This document shows, one piece after another, positions 37,001 to 50,117 of a stretch of DNA of 64,000 nucleotides (position 1 is its first letter; every line of letters begins with the position of its first letter). The translations under genes and the position numbers were made by a program. The stretch is from Eledone cirrhosa. Taxonomy: Eukaryota. The notes beneath the pieces are model-generated. The model had not been told where the DNA came from. It saw nothing but the letters and a program-made list of their open reading frames with translations, and ran no database searches. The stretch spans positions 344,472,001-344,536,000 of the forward strand of contig OZ024743.1 in NCBI GenBank assembly GCA_964016885.1, written 5' to 3'.

Positions 37001-39873
37001 GAGAGGTTGACGGATTGAACGGTGCAATCGTCAACAACCGATGGTGGGCATCTCTCAAAAGAGAGATTAGAACAGAATCAATAAGTTATAGCAAGATGTT
37101 AGCTGCCGATAGGAATAGCAACGAGAAAGAATTAACAGGTAAATTAGAAGAGGCAATCAAGAGCGAAGATGTGGCCAGAGTGCTTGCATCGAGGACGGCT
37201 TTGAGCCAGTTTTTCGATGCAAAGCACGAAGGCTGCGTCATTCGAAGTAAAATACGTGCTCTGGGTAATGAGGGGGCCAAAGCCGTTGGCTCCGCCCGCG
37301 TGACAGAAGCTAAGAGTGGAAATCGATCCACTATCCGGTCTTTGCAAGACGAGGATGGGCGGGTGATCCGGGAGCCTAAGTAGATGTGCGAGGCCTTTCA
37401 AAGGCACTTTGCCCGATTGTTCGGGGGAGGCGGCGGTCCGGGGGAGGCGGCGGTCCGGGCGAGGACGTGGATTTCGGTCCATACTTCGACGGCCTGCCGC
37501 GTCTCTCGAGCGAAGAGGCAGAGTCCTGCGAGGGACCAATCTCGGCTGATGAGATCGGGGATGCGCTGAGCCAATGCAGCAAACGCAAATCTCCAGGTCT
37601 CGATGGTATACCTTACGAACTTTATTTGGCAATGCCGGTCTTCTTCTCCGAACTCCTCGAAGCAGTCTACTGCAATTGGCAGCAGAACGGGAGTATTCCT
37701 TGTTCTGTAGCCAAGGGCGTAGTCTCGCTGGTGACGAAGGACGAGAACAAGGGGGATAGTATAAATCATTTTCGGCCCATAACCCTGCTAAACACAGAGT
37801 TAAAGATTTTGGCCAAGGTGTTAGCAAAGAGGTTGGCGCTTGTCGTGGGTAGCCTGGTGGGAGATGCGCAGACATGTGCTATCCCATCCAGGTCCATTCA
37901 CGACAACCTCCACCTCATGCGATACATCATAGAGAGGGTTGGCAACAAACCCGGCTTCGGTGGGGCCCTGATCAACTTGGATCAGTCTAAGGCGTTCGAT
38001 AGGGTCGACCATGGTTACCTGGATGCAGTGCTAGCGGCGGCTGGGTTCGGTCCTGTTTTCAGAGGCTGGATCACTGCCTTACATAGCAACCACATCTGTT
38101 CTAGGATCAAGGTGAACGGCTACCTTTCGAAGCCGTTGGAAATCACACGATCCATTCGACAGGGGTGCCCTCTCTCCTCCCTTCTGTACGTATTGACTCT
38201 CGAGCCTTTACTGAGGAAGTTGGAGTTGTTGCAGGGTATCCCCCTGGAACCAGGATTGAGCAAAGCGGTTTCGGCCTACGCCGATGACGTAACAGTAATG
38301 GTATCGACCGACTCGGAGATCGAGGCGATCGGCACCTTACTGGAGGAATACGAAAGGTTGTCAGGAGCGAAACTGAACCGGAAAAAATCTATCGGACTGC
38401 AACTCGGAACGTGGAGAGGCAGACCGATGCCTCCCGACGGTGTCGTCGGACACTGGACCGAGGGCTCGATGAAGTTGCTTGGAGTCTGGTTTGGACCGGA
38501 CCTCCAGGTGGAAAAGAACTGGGGCGAGGTTACGAGCAAGGTGTTTGCACTGACCCAGAAATGGGCCAAGTGTAAGCTGTCCCCGAAAGGTCGGGCGGAG
38601 GTGGCGAACATTTACATAGCATCCGTCACCTACTACCGCCTGACTGTCGTGCCTTGCCCTAATGAAACACTCACCACCATGGAACGCATGCTCTTTCAAT
38701 TTCTTTGGAAAAAGCGCCCTCCTATGGTGAGAAGATCCATCTGCTGCCAACAACCTTCGAAAGGAGGGCTGGGGATGCCGTGGTTGATGATGCGTAGCCA
38801 CGCATTAAGGCTACGGCACCTACAGGTATTCCTCACTGGTCAACCGGTGTGGGCTCCGTTTGTGAGACGAGCCTTTCCAAGACTCGTCTCGCTAACCGAG
38901 CTGCAGTCCTGGGTCAAGCAAAGATCCGGAAAACTGGGCGACTGGCACACTGAGTGCGCCCAGGCGCTCAGGGCTCTCTGGCAAGAGGACCCGGCCATCG
39001 GTGGAGAATCCACCTCGTCATTCTATAGAGGGCTGGTGGCTAGCAGGGGCGATGACACCCTTGGAGAGTCGCTGGACATGGAAAAGGACGAACTGGCCAG
39101 CCTGTTCGGTAGGACTTTCGGCCCGGGACCAATGGACAACTTCCAGAAGTCACTGGCCTGGCAGTGCTACCGGGGGCTCTACCCGTTCGAGAAAAGCTCT
39201 ACAGACACGGGCGCCCGGGCAGGGATCCCTCGAAAAAGATTTGCCCTAGATGCGTGCGTCACGAAGAAACCGTTGCGCACGCATTGGTGCAATGTCCGGG
39301 CGTGGCTGATCTGTGGGGCTACGCCGAACGACTGCTGTCGCGGGTGGCGCCGATTCGATTGACCGCCGAGTCCGTGATGACAATCAAGCCGCCTCCCCTC
39401 TTCACAAAGGAAGCAAAGGCGGTTTTTCTGTGCATAATAGCCATGTTGAAAGAGGTGCTTTGGTGGACACGATTGAAAGGTCTGAGGTCAGGCAACTTCC
39501 TCTCTGGCCATAGTCTGGTCTACTTCTTCCGATATCACTTCGGAAGAAGGATAAGAATGGAGAGAGAGGTGCTTGGCCACAGGCAGTTTTATGAAAGGTG
39601 GGTGATAGTGGCGAGAATGGCTCGTGTAAATGGGCCTTCTCTGTATACCATCCTGCAGGTAAAGAAGTGAAGGAGAGGGGAGCACCTTCTCCATGTGCTC
39701 CCCGGGCAAAGGATTGCACACTTTTTCGGGGGTGTGTGCAACCCCCATCACATCCCCTCCCTTTTGAGGTTGTTTTTGATTATTTTCATTTTATACCCTT
39801 TTTACTCGGTTTTATGTAAACTCCCCTTTTGTATTTGTCCCTTCTTTTTATGCCTTTATGGTAAATAAAGAAA
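34018..39873 (+). mobile_element. Full-length, more decayed Tx1-like LINE, family D
   Basis: ORF1 remnants 34254-36165 (CHICAGRGHLKAAC) and ORF2 remnants 36198-39670 with several frameshifts and stops. TATC-bounded. Confidence 0.92.
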
Positions 39874-39879
39874 TATATT

Positions 39880-39912
<33 letters not shown>

Positions 39913-40069
39913 ATCTATTTCCCAGTTTATTTTTTTCTGAATGATTCGCCTTTATCTTCTCTCCCTACGTACATATACATATGTGTTGTGATATGTGTGT
40001 GCGTATACGTATGATTATATCTGGGTGTCGATATTATATGCATATATGTCCTTATTTGAGAAAATACGT

Positions 40070-40203
40070 AAGCATTTATATATATATGTGTGTGTGTGTG
40101 TATGTGCATGCACACACAAACACATTTATATATATATATATATGTGTATGTGTGTGTATATATATATGTGTGTGTGTGTATGTGCATGCTCACACAAACA
40201 CAT

Positions 40204-40252
<49 letters not shown>

Positions 40253-40272
40253 CATGCACACAGAAACACATT

Positions 40273-40315
<43 letters not shown>

Positions 40316-41191
40316 ATGTATATATATATATATATATATATACATATATATATACATATATATATATACATATATATATACATATAAGCACACACGCATT
40401 ATACACACATGCTTTTTATATGTACATGTGTGTATGTTTGCGTGCAAAGAAAATGTCTGTCTAATGTTTGTGTGCGCATGCGTATGCGACATTTCGTGGT
40501 AAGTTGCACATTGGGGAGTAGCATGAATGTATTACAATGATGTGAGCCAACCTACTCATACTTTAATACTCACGCTCTTTACCTCATACTATCCCTCTTT
40601 TAATCTCCTACCCTGTCTGCCTGTCTGTCTGTGTGTGTGTCTCTCTCTCTCTCTCTCTCTCTTTCACTCTCTCTCTCTCTCTGTATGTCTCTCATTCTCT
40701 CCTTCTCTCTCACCACACCCTTACCACTATACTCATACTTTTTCGTTTTCCTCCTCATCTTTTTTCCCCGTCTGTTGTCCACTTCGTAATAATTGAATTC
40801 TTGTCTATATAGTAATGGCCCAGAGGCGCGTCATTTGTTTATTGTTAATGCTGTTGTCGTTGTATTTGCAGTTGTTGTTCGTATTGTTGATGATGAATGA
40901 AACCGGAACTAATGATATGAGGGAGTCAGTAGTGGCTGCAGTTCTGGTAGAGTTAGGGGCGGTGGGTTTAGTGGTAATTCTGTTTGTGGTTGTTCTAGTG
41001 GTGGTTGTGATGGTTGTTTTTACAGGTAACGGCAATAGATATATATATATATATATACATATACACACACGTGTGTGCATATGGGCGGAGGAGAGGAGAG
41101 GAGAGGAGAGGAGAGGAGCGGACGACTGGATTAGCATGGGTTGGGATTGAATGGCTTTAGAAATCCACAACTTAACCCCTCGGTGAAGACG

Positions 41192-41263
<72 letters not shown>

Positions 41264-41322
41264 GGGGAGAGTGAGTATGTGTGTGAAAGTGTCTGTCTGT
41301 GCCTATACATTTATACATACAT

Positions 41323-41371
<49 letters not shown>

Positions 41372-41372
41372 A

Positions 41373-41411
<39 letters not shown>

Positions 41412-41452
41412 AATACATATATATATATATATGTGTATATATATATATATAA

Positions 41453-41490
<38 letters not shown>

Positions 41491-41534
41491 TTGCATATAT
41501 ATACTTGTATACATACATATGTCTATATATGTAT

Positions 41535-41573
<39 letters not shown>

Positions 41574-41659
41574 AATACATATATATATGTGTATATATAT
41601 ATATATGTGTGTGTGTGTATACATATATAGACATATGTATGTATACAAGTATATATATG

Positions 41660-41702
<43 letters not shown>

Positions 41703-41980
41703 TTATATATATATATGTATATATAAAGGTATATATATACACACATATTGGTGTATATATGTAAATGCATGTATGTGTGCGTGAGTGTGTATGTGAGTGT
41801 ATGTGTGTGTATATTCCAATTGTCCAGTGTATAGAAGAGATAATAACTAGTTGGGCAGTAAGCAGTTCAGTCAAGTTGGAAAACATAAAAGACCCTCGCT
41901 GTGGGGCCGGCAGTGCTTCCAGGAAAGGTGGTAGTGATGGAGTTAGATACAGAAATAGACGGATAATAGTGGTAGTAGTC

Positions 41981-42045
<65 letters not shown>

Positions 42046-42168
42046 TGATGTGGTAGCAGTAGTTGTTGTTGTTGTAGTAGTAGTAGTAGTAGTAGTAGTA
42101 ATAGTAGTAGTAGTGGTAGTAGTTGTAGTAGTAGTAGTAATAATAGTAGTAGTAGTATTAGTAGTAGT

Positions 42169-42199
<31 letters not shown>

Positions 42200-42300
42200 G
42201 TAGTAGTAGTAGTAGTAGCAGTAGTAGTAGTTGTTGTTGTAGTAGTAGTAGTAGTAGTAATAGTAGTAGTTAGTGTTATTGTAGTCTTTGTTGTTGATGT
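40070..42300. repeat. Microsatellite block: (TA)n, (TG)n, (CT)n, (GA)n, (GTA)n
   Basis: Direct inspection. Confidence 0.9.
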
Positions 42301-42490
42301 AGTGCTAGAGAAAGAGGAAAAAAATGAAGGTAATGAAAAGATGAGGCAGAACGTTAGAAAAATAAAAGGGAGATAATAGAAATTGTAAAGAATTATTTTT
42401 TTCCTAGATTACAACAGAGATATTTGTGGTGGCTGGTTGATTCTATTAAATTTAACCCCAACACTACATGACTGGTACTTACTTTATTGA

Positions 42491-43013
42491 TGTCAGGTCA
42501 CTCTCGAGTGCTACTGGTAGCATGTATCCCAGTACAATATGTCGCTTGGTCGGGTCGTCGGCCACTAAACCGGTAACACCACCAACTTTACTTGGTGAGG
42601 AGGGTGATTTTGGACGCCCTGCAGGAGAAAAAACAAAACCTGACAAAGGGCGGAAGAACTCATAAGAGTCAACAGCCATCTAAAAGAAAAGAAAACAAAA
42701 TCCTGCCAAATCAATGGGTGGCAGTAGTTCCAGCTGCTCGCATCAAAAGACTGGTGTAGTGGTTCTGAGAACAATGCGGCTTTGCAGATGATCAATGCAA
42801 ATGACAATGGAAAGGCGCTCCCGCTTGAGTTAGAAGCAGCGAGCCCTGATTGTATTCAGCAACCGAAACAAATATGAAGTACACCAAATCCAATGCTCCT
42901 AGTGGCGGCCCTGGTTCTTCTTATCTGCGAGTGTAAACTCGGCCAGAATAGAATAGATTAGATGTATTGATCCCGGAACGATAACAGTCGAATTCATCGT
43001 CCTAATGATGGTA

Positions 43014-43077
<64 letters not shown>

Positions 43078-43096
43078 CGATGATGATGATGATGGC

Positions 43097-43130
<34 letters not shown>

Positions 43131-43179
43131 CTAATGATAATGCTGATGATAATGATGATGATGATAATGACGACGATGA

Positions 43180-43210
<31 letters not shown>

Positions 43211-43230
43211 GATGATATTAATAGTAATAG
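42491..43230 (+). mobile_element. Probable RTE-related non-coding element followed by (GAT)n
   Basis: First ~190 bp homologous to 5404-5597; followed by a (TGA)n run 43005-43215. It directly abuts a SINE fragment at 42455-42490. Confidence 0.45.
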
Positions 43231-43307
43231 TAATTATTGCTTTATTGCCCTCTAGGACAGAAACATGAAAGGCAATAAAAAAAAGGGTCAGTTGGGATTT
43301 ACTAGTA

Positions 43308-43500
43308 ATAATTGTTTCCACTTTTGGCACAAGGCCAGCAATTAATCCAATGTATTACTGGTACTTTATTTTATCGAACCCGTAAGGATGAAAGGTAAAC
43401 TTAATCTCGACGGGATTTGAACTGAGACCGTAAAGAGACGTAACTCCATGCTGGAAACCATAGTGCCCGACCCTCTACCGATACTGCCAATCTACCGCCC
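43308..43500 (-). mobile_element. tRNA-derived SINE
   Basis: Minus strand A box TGGCAGTATCGG and B box GTTCAAATCC; central CCTTTCATCCTT..GATAAAATAAAGTACCAG domain (MetaSINE-like, from memory). Multiple copies in the window. Confidence 0.85.
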
Positions 43501-43713
43501 TTTTTACTAGTAATAATAAAAGAAACTGTAAACATACAAACAAATTAACAAGAACAGGCAATAATTAACAATAAATTACAAGCAACAAAATTCCCCAATA
43601 TAGCAGGGAACCACCCAGATGTGATTTAGGTATCCCACAGATCTAAAACCACCCTAATTTGCCAGACGGGTGGGGACGTATCAGCTAACATTACAAGAAC
43701 AACTTACAAATAT

Positions 43714-43990
43714 GTTTTTTTTTATTTTTTTTATTAGTAGAATCGACAATGAAAAAACAACAAGCATGAGAAACACTATTATGCATATATATGAAGGGTC
43801 GCAGTCACAGCAGAATAAGTAAGTTCACAGATTGAAGATGAACCTGGCCATCAACTGCCAAGTGCCCTCACACGGCTGGGCTCTCCGGCTTAATGGCACA
43901 TGCTGGGAGTAAGTCCATTAATTTGGGCCATTCTCGCCACCTTCACCCTTTTTATAGCAAATTTACTAAAAGGGCAGCCTCTTCAAGTAA
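43714..43990 (-). mobile_element. Degenerate 3' end of a Tx1-like relative with an A-rich tail
   Basis: Minus strand GGGTGAAGGTGGCGAGAATGGCCCAAATTAATGG (VKVARMAQING) matches the array ORF2 end, followed by AATAAA and an A-rich tail. Confidence 0.6.
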
Positions 43991-45756
43991 AACTATTGGG
44001 TCGTCAAGTATGAAATTTGTAGAAATTTGTAGTAAAAAAAAACAATTTTTTACAAATTTCATACTTGACAACAAAATTAACATTAGCTATAAGCCACACA
44101 TATAAAATCACACCCAACAGTACACTTAAAGATACCACCTTTCAAACCAACTAACCAACCAACCAACCCACAATTACAATAACTACATTCCCAATAAACA
44201 CCACCATAAGTACCAACACTACTAATACAGTAAGAAGTGAGCCTCTACGTAATCTTAAAATGAATTAGAAATAACATCCCAAAATATCCTCAAATCACCC
44301 AAATAAAGAGATGATATTTCTTCTTCAGCATTCTCCCGTTTTCACAAGATGTAATTCTCAACGCCAGAGATGTGTACTCAACACTGGTCAAATTCGCTAT
44401 TGGTCCCTATTAATGACAAATTCAGCAATTTCATTAAATCTCATGTTGCAACTGACAAGAGGCTCATCAATAAATAGGAAAATGTATAACTTTCACAAAA
44501 GTTCTCCATATTAAGGCTGGGGTTTCGTGATTCAAAAGAGTGTCCAGTGATATATTCAGCCTTCTCAAAGCGTATCCAATCAAAATCAATCTTATTGAAT
44601 GTAAACTGCTATGAGCTGACAAAGGCTTCGCTCATTCAGTTAGCGGTTCATTATTTATCATTTGTGGAAGATCAACTCCAAGTCCAAATCATAATAGAGA
44701 ACGATAGCTATCTCGTTTATCTCTTATAGAGTTCCTATTACAGACAATGTGTGAGGTTACAAAACAGAACTGTTTCAACGCAAGCTGTAAAGAGTAGCAT
44801 TTAATTCTATCACTGATTGAACAATTCCAAATAAAGTAAGGCTTGCGTGCTGTTACTCATGTTAATTGCTGTCTTTATCTAAACGCATTTCTACTGCCTA
44901 CCATGCCATATTCACGAACAGAAAAATATGTAACATAGGAATTTGAGATTCTAAAGCGGCAAGTATGTTTGTGAGGTTCAGATCACCAACATATACTACT
45001 TTAGTTTTTAATGGATTGACTTTGGGATCCAGTGTCGTTTCAAACTTATCAGTTGAATTTGTGCTGAAGCTAACATTTAAAATTCCAACGCCATCAGTAA
45101 AGATTACATGGTAACAATTTTCTCATGGTGTGATTATCTTCTTGCATAGATATACACATTACTTTAATCAATAACAATTATAAAGAGGTAGGGTGTACGT
45201 ATAGCTCCCTGGCGTACACCTAAAAATGCTTCAAATTCATTACTAACGTTAATAAATGGCTTTCACATATCATAGAAACTTAGAAAATCGTGAACAGCAG
45301 CTCTGTTTACAAAGCTAAATGGTTTGGATGTTATCTACTGAAAGAATTGATAAAGATGAAATCAAAAACGCAACAACTGCAACGCTTTTTGAAAAAGCTG
45401 TTTGACTAGACGGAATTCCATCGGAATATTTCCTCGTGTCAAACGTCTATTATGAAGTAAATAGACCGCCACCCCCAAGAAAAAATCCGAAAGAATTCAA
45501 AAAGTCTGTAATAGTAACAATATTAAAGCGGATAAAAACAGTTTTCCAATAAGGGATAGTAGATAATCACACTTCTGTGTACCAGTGCAAAACTCTTTAA
45601 TTGGGTGCGACTTATAAGACACAACCTGAATTTATGGCAAATAAAAATACTACGAAACAAACTTAATCCGTAAAAATATACATATTGTGACCTGCTACGC
45701 CAGATAAACACAACATTATGGTATCTTTCCTAAACTTTTCTTTGTGACAAGTAAGA

Positions 45757-45937
45757 TAATTGTTTCTACTTTTTGGCACAAGGCCAGCAATTACCCAGTG
45801 TATTTCTGGTACTTTATTCTATCGACCCCGTAAGGATTAAAGGCAAAGCTAACCTCGGCGGGATTTGAACTCAGAATGGCAAGGGCCGTAACTCTATGCG
45901 TCAAAGCATGGCGTCCGACCCTCTACCGATACTGCCA
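45757..45937 (-). mobile_element. tRNA-derived SINE
   Basis: Homologous to 43308-43500. Confidence 0.85.
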
Positions 45938-46326
45938 GATAATGTAAGACAAACCTAAAAGGACGGAATGTTCACAGTTGGAATGGTTTTGAGTATAGAT
46001 CTCTTCAGTAAGAATTAACTTGGAGCTAATTAACAAAAACAATGAGCCTATCAGCAGAGCCTTTACAAGCACAACAATGTTACTAATCCCAGTTAAAATT
46101 AAACCCACTTTATTCTGTAACAACTAGATTCACTCTCAACGACACTATTATACCATAAAATCTACACAGTAACACACTATTATACCATTACTCCATGTCA
46201 TCACATTACCACTACATTATCTCACCATGTTAGTAGACTATATAACTCCACCATAATGTCGCTTTATTTCCTCATCAACGCAGAACCAAACTACCATACC
46301 AACATACCACAACACGAACCAATGAT

Positions 46327-46502
46327 AGAGCCTCTATGTAGTTCGATCTGTTTGAAATAGCAAACAAATCTCACTTAATGAAAGTTACATTCATTGAATA
46401 AAATTATCCCTGATAAACAGATAGACGTGATGATAAGCCCTGGAATGCCTTTCAGCTTAGGTTTTCTCGATCAGGCTAAACATGGGGTCAAACAACAATA
46501 AT
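46327..46502 (+). mobile_element. Probable 3' part of a second SINE family
   Basis: CTGGAATGCCTT..GATCAGGCT..GGGGTCAAACAACAATA. A related sequence occurs on the minus strand near 58020-58100. Confidence 0.4.
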
Positions 46503-47067
46503 AAGCATCACACATTTCCGTCTGCTTCATTGGAACTAACCTAGAGCTACGCAACTACAAAAAGCACACGAGCTACCGCAGCATTCTCACACTTTCCTTC
46601 AACTACACCACCATCATCGAACCAACAACTATGATATTCCACACCTCACCACCTAGTTACCATTTCAACTCTCTGGATGCCACATTTCTATATAATCCAT
46701 CGTCATCTCATCAATGTAAAAAAGATGTTATTATTGAATAAAATAGCTGAGCGTGGTTACGCACATCAACATTTGACCATTTGTCCAATATCAACATCGC
46801 TTTCTGAAGGATTAACAGTATCCAATGGCCGATGCAACACAAATAACCGTGGGAAATGCCTTTGTTCATATTTCTTCATTCTGATCTAACCGAGTCCTCC
46901 ATTGTTTTCCTATATCAATAAATACAGATATACAGATAAATTTGTGTCAAAGTTTGTTAACGAATTAACTAACTTTATTTGCTCTGGTCACAGATATTCA
47001 TTTTTGTTTCTATAACACGGAATAAAAGTTTGCACATATAAATTATCTATAAAGCCAGTGCTTCTAC

Positions 47068-47151
<84 letters not shown>

Positions 47152-47182
47152 GTCCGTCTGTCGTCTGTCTATCTATCTATCT

Positions 47183-47531
47183 CAGCCGTTTTTATGAAAG
47201 ATGGGTGAAAGTGGCGAGAATGGCCCGTGCGAATGGGCCTTCATTCTACATCAGACTATAGGCGAGGAAGATGAAAGACCAAGGGAGCACCCCCTCTCTG
47301 TGCTCCTGAGGCGAAGGGTTACACACTTTATTTCGTGGGTGTGTGCGACCCCCCAAGGCGCCTCCTCCCTATTGAGGATTTTGTTATAAAATTTATTTTG
47401 TTATATTTTATTTTATTTTTATACTTTTAGATCTTGTTATTGCCTCCTACATATTGAGGACGCCTTTGCATGTAAACTCCCCCTTTTGTACTTGTCCCAC
47501 TTTTGATGCCCTGGTGGCAAATAAAAAGAAA
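47183..47531 (+). mobile_element. Tx1-like family A-type 3' stub
   Basis: SRFYERWVKVARMARANGPSFYIRL* plus an A-type 3' UTR. (TATC)n on both sides. Confidence 0.9.
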
Positions 47532-47532
47532 G

Positions 47533-47582
<50 letters not shown>

Positions 47583-47685
47583 GCCTGTCTGTCTGTTTGT
47601 CTGTCTGTCTGTCTATCTGTTTATATATCTGTTTATATATCTGTATATCTGTCTATCTGTTTATATATCTGTCTATCTGTTTATA

Positions 47686-47927
47686 TGTAGGTTGAGGAAA
47701 AGGAGGAGGAGAGGAAAGGAGTACAAGCTCTTCGTACTCCTGGAGATGAGGGTTGCACATTTTTTTCGGGGGTCTGTGTTACCCATATAAACTGTCTCCC
47801 TCTATTGGGGAAAATCGACTAACTTTTAAATTCCATCTGTGATAACATTTTACACGTTTTTATTGTATGTAAACTTCCCCCTTTGTATTTGTCCCCTTCT
47901 TTTGTGCCCCTGTGGCTAATAAAGAAA
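47686..47927 (+). mobile_element. Tx1-like family B 3' UTR stub
   Basis: Matches 22052-22295. Lies in a degenerate TATC/TCTG tract. Confidence 0.9.
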
Positions 47928-48053
47928 TATATCTGTTTATATATCTATCAATGACGTTTTCTATCTATTTCATGTTAAATATTTAACTCAGTACATTCAT
48001 ACTACAATCTACTTTACTGAAGAAATTTAAATACTAAATAAAATAGAACGCAC

Positions 48054-48177
<124 letters not shown>

Positions 48178-48334
48178 TAAAATAACAATTAAAGTTGAAG
48201 CAAAGAATCGCTGCTTTCACCCTTATCGGGATCATCTTTATCCTTATCGAATCCTCTTTGGATTTTAGCCTTCAAATTTATTATTATTACTATATATATA
48301 TATATAGTATATATATATATACTATATATATGCT

Positions 48335-48374
<40 letters not shown>

Positions 48375-48392
48375 GCACGTATGGATTCACCG

Positions 48393-48439
<47 letters not shown>

Positions 48440-48564
48440 ATGTATGTATATATATATACATACTACTGTACGTCTATATACATATATGTATGTACGTGTA
48501 CATACATATATTTAAGTAACAGCCGTACTAAGAGTGGGAAATGAAATTTCGTTTCATTTTTTCC

Positions 48565-48598
<34 letters not shown>

Positions 48599-48762
48599 GT
48601 ATATATATACGCATGCATTTTATAGGTACATACATGCATACATACATACAAGTTTAAGTATATAGAAACACCCCATCAGAGATCGATTACTCACATATGA
48701 GAGTGTGCGTTGTTCCGTGATCGATTCCACACACATATTCATACCTAAATATATATGTTTAT

Positions 48763-49440
48763 TCCCGTTCCCGCTGCAACACTTGTCCCTTTATTTCCAC
48801 CTTCACCACTCTTACAGGCCCTAACGCGTCTTTCCGTATCCGCCATTCCTTCACCTGCACTTCCACCCACGTTGTCTATGCCCTCCAGTGTTCCCTTTGC
48901 GGGTCTTTATATATCGGACAAACGGGACGCCGTATGGCGGACCGTTTTGCCGAACATTTGAGGGATATACGACTCGGTTTGGATACACCTGTCGCCCGTC
49001 ATTTCTATTCTCCTGGTCATTCCCTACATGTTTCAGTCCTGGGTGTCCTTTTACATCATGGATAACGGACGTATCATCACACACACACACACAAACACAT
49101 GCTTACGCACGTGCTCAAGTATAGCTCTTTTTACAAAACGGTCTTTTTTCGATTTCAAGTAGACGCGTTCCATCATCCACTTTTCTAAAACATAAATCAT
49201 ACACAAAACGCCAGCACCAACAGTTTTGCAAGAGATGTCAACATGAATGGACCTGTTATTTTTATCTAAAGACATTTTTCCAATTCCATCCCGCCCGTCC
49301 CCGCAATCTATTTTATTTCTCATTCTTTCTTCTGATGAAGGACTAGCGTCCGAAACGTTAAGACCCTCTTCCTGCTATATCAAGCGTTAACCTAAAATAT
49401 ACCTTCCATATACTGTACCGATTGAGTTGTTACTTCTGAT

Positions 49441-49446
<6 letters not shown>
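48763..49446 (+). mobile_element. 5'-truncated Penelope-like element (Neptune-like): GIY-YIG remnant plus pLTR
   Basis: A frame not in the track reads RCNTCPF..FTCTSTHVVYALQCSLCGSLYIGQTGRRMADRFAEHLRDI..PVARHF (YIG at 48910). A hammerhead lies downstream and the element ends in (TA)n. Confidence 0.88.
49328..49363 (+). ncRNA. Minimal hammerhead ribozyme, intact
   Basis: TCTT-CTGATGA-A-GGAC-TAGC-GTCC-GAA-ACGT-T-AAGA: perfect stems I and II, palindromic ACGT stem III, GUU site. Confidence 0.85.
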
Positions 49447-49492
<46 letters not shown>

Positions 49493-50117
49493 ATAATAAT
49501 AAATTTGAAGACTAAAATCCAAAGAGGGCTCGATAAGGATAAATATATATCAAATATATAAGAACCGTAGAACAAACTTTAATCTGTTATTTTAATATAT
49601 ATATATATAAAATAAAAGGGGTGTATATGAAAGTTTATACTATATGTAATAAACATACGATAGCCTCACTACTAAAGAAAAAAATATTTTTTGTAATGGA
49701 AAAGTATTTTACTGTCTTTTGAGCCATGAACATGTCACAGATATCTCAGCAACCATCTAGCATGCCAGACATATGCTTCTAGATTTATTATTTATTATAA
49801 TGTCTCTTTTCAGTGACATTCACTTAACCGGTACTGATATATATATATATATTTATTTAGGTTTGTTGGTTCACCACTGGATAGAACGGGTCATTCCGTA
49901 TGGTCAACATCGATGTAATATTATGGAGAGCACTCAACGTAATGCAACTCATCCGTCTTCGTTTGTGTAGTTGGTGGTGCGAGTACGGAGTTAATTATTA
50001 TAAAATAACAGGAGGGCGGCCGACCGGGGTAGAAACTGATAAATGTTCTGTCGCCCTCATGTCTCTGATTTTCAGCCCCATGGAATGTGTCTATTATATT
50101 CCTTTGTTATTTTTCGA

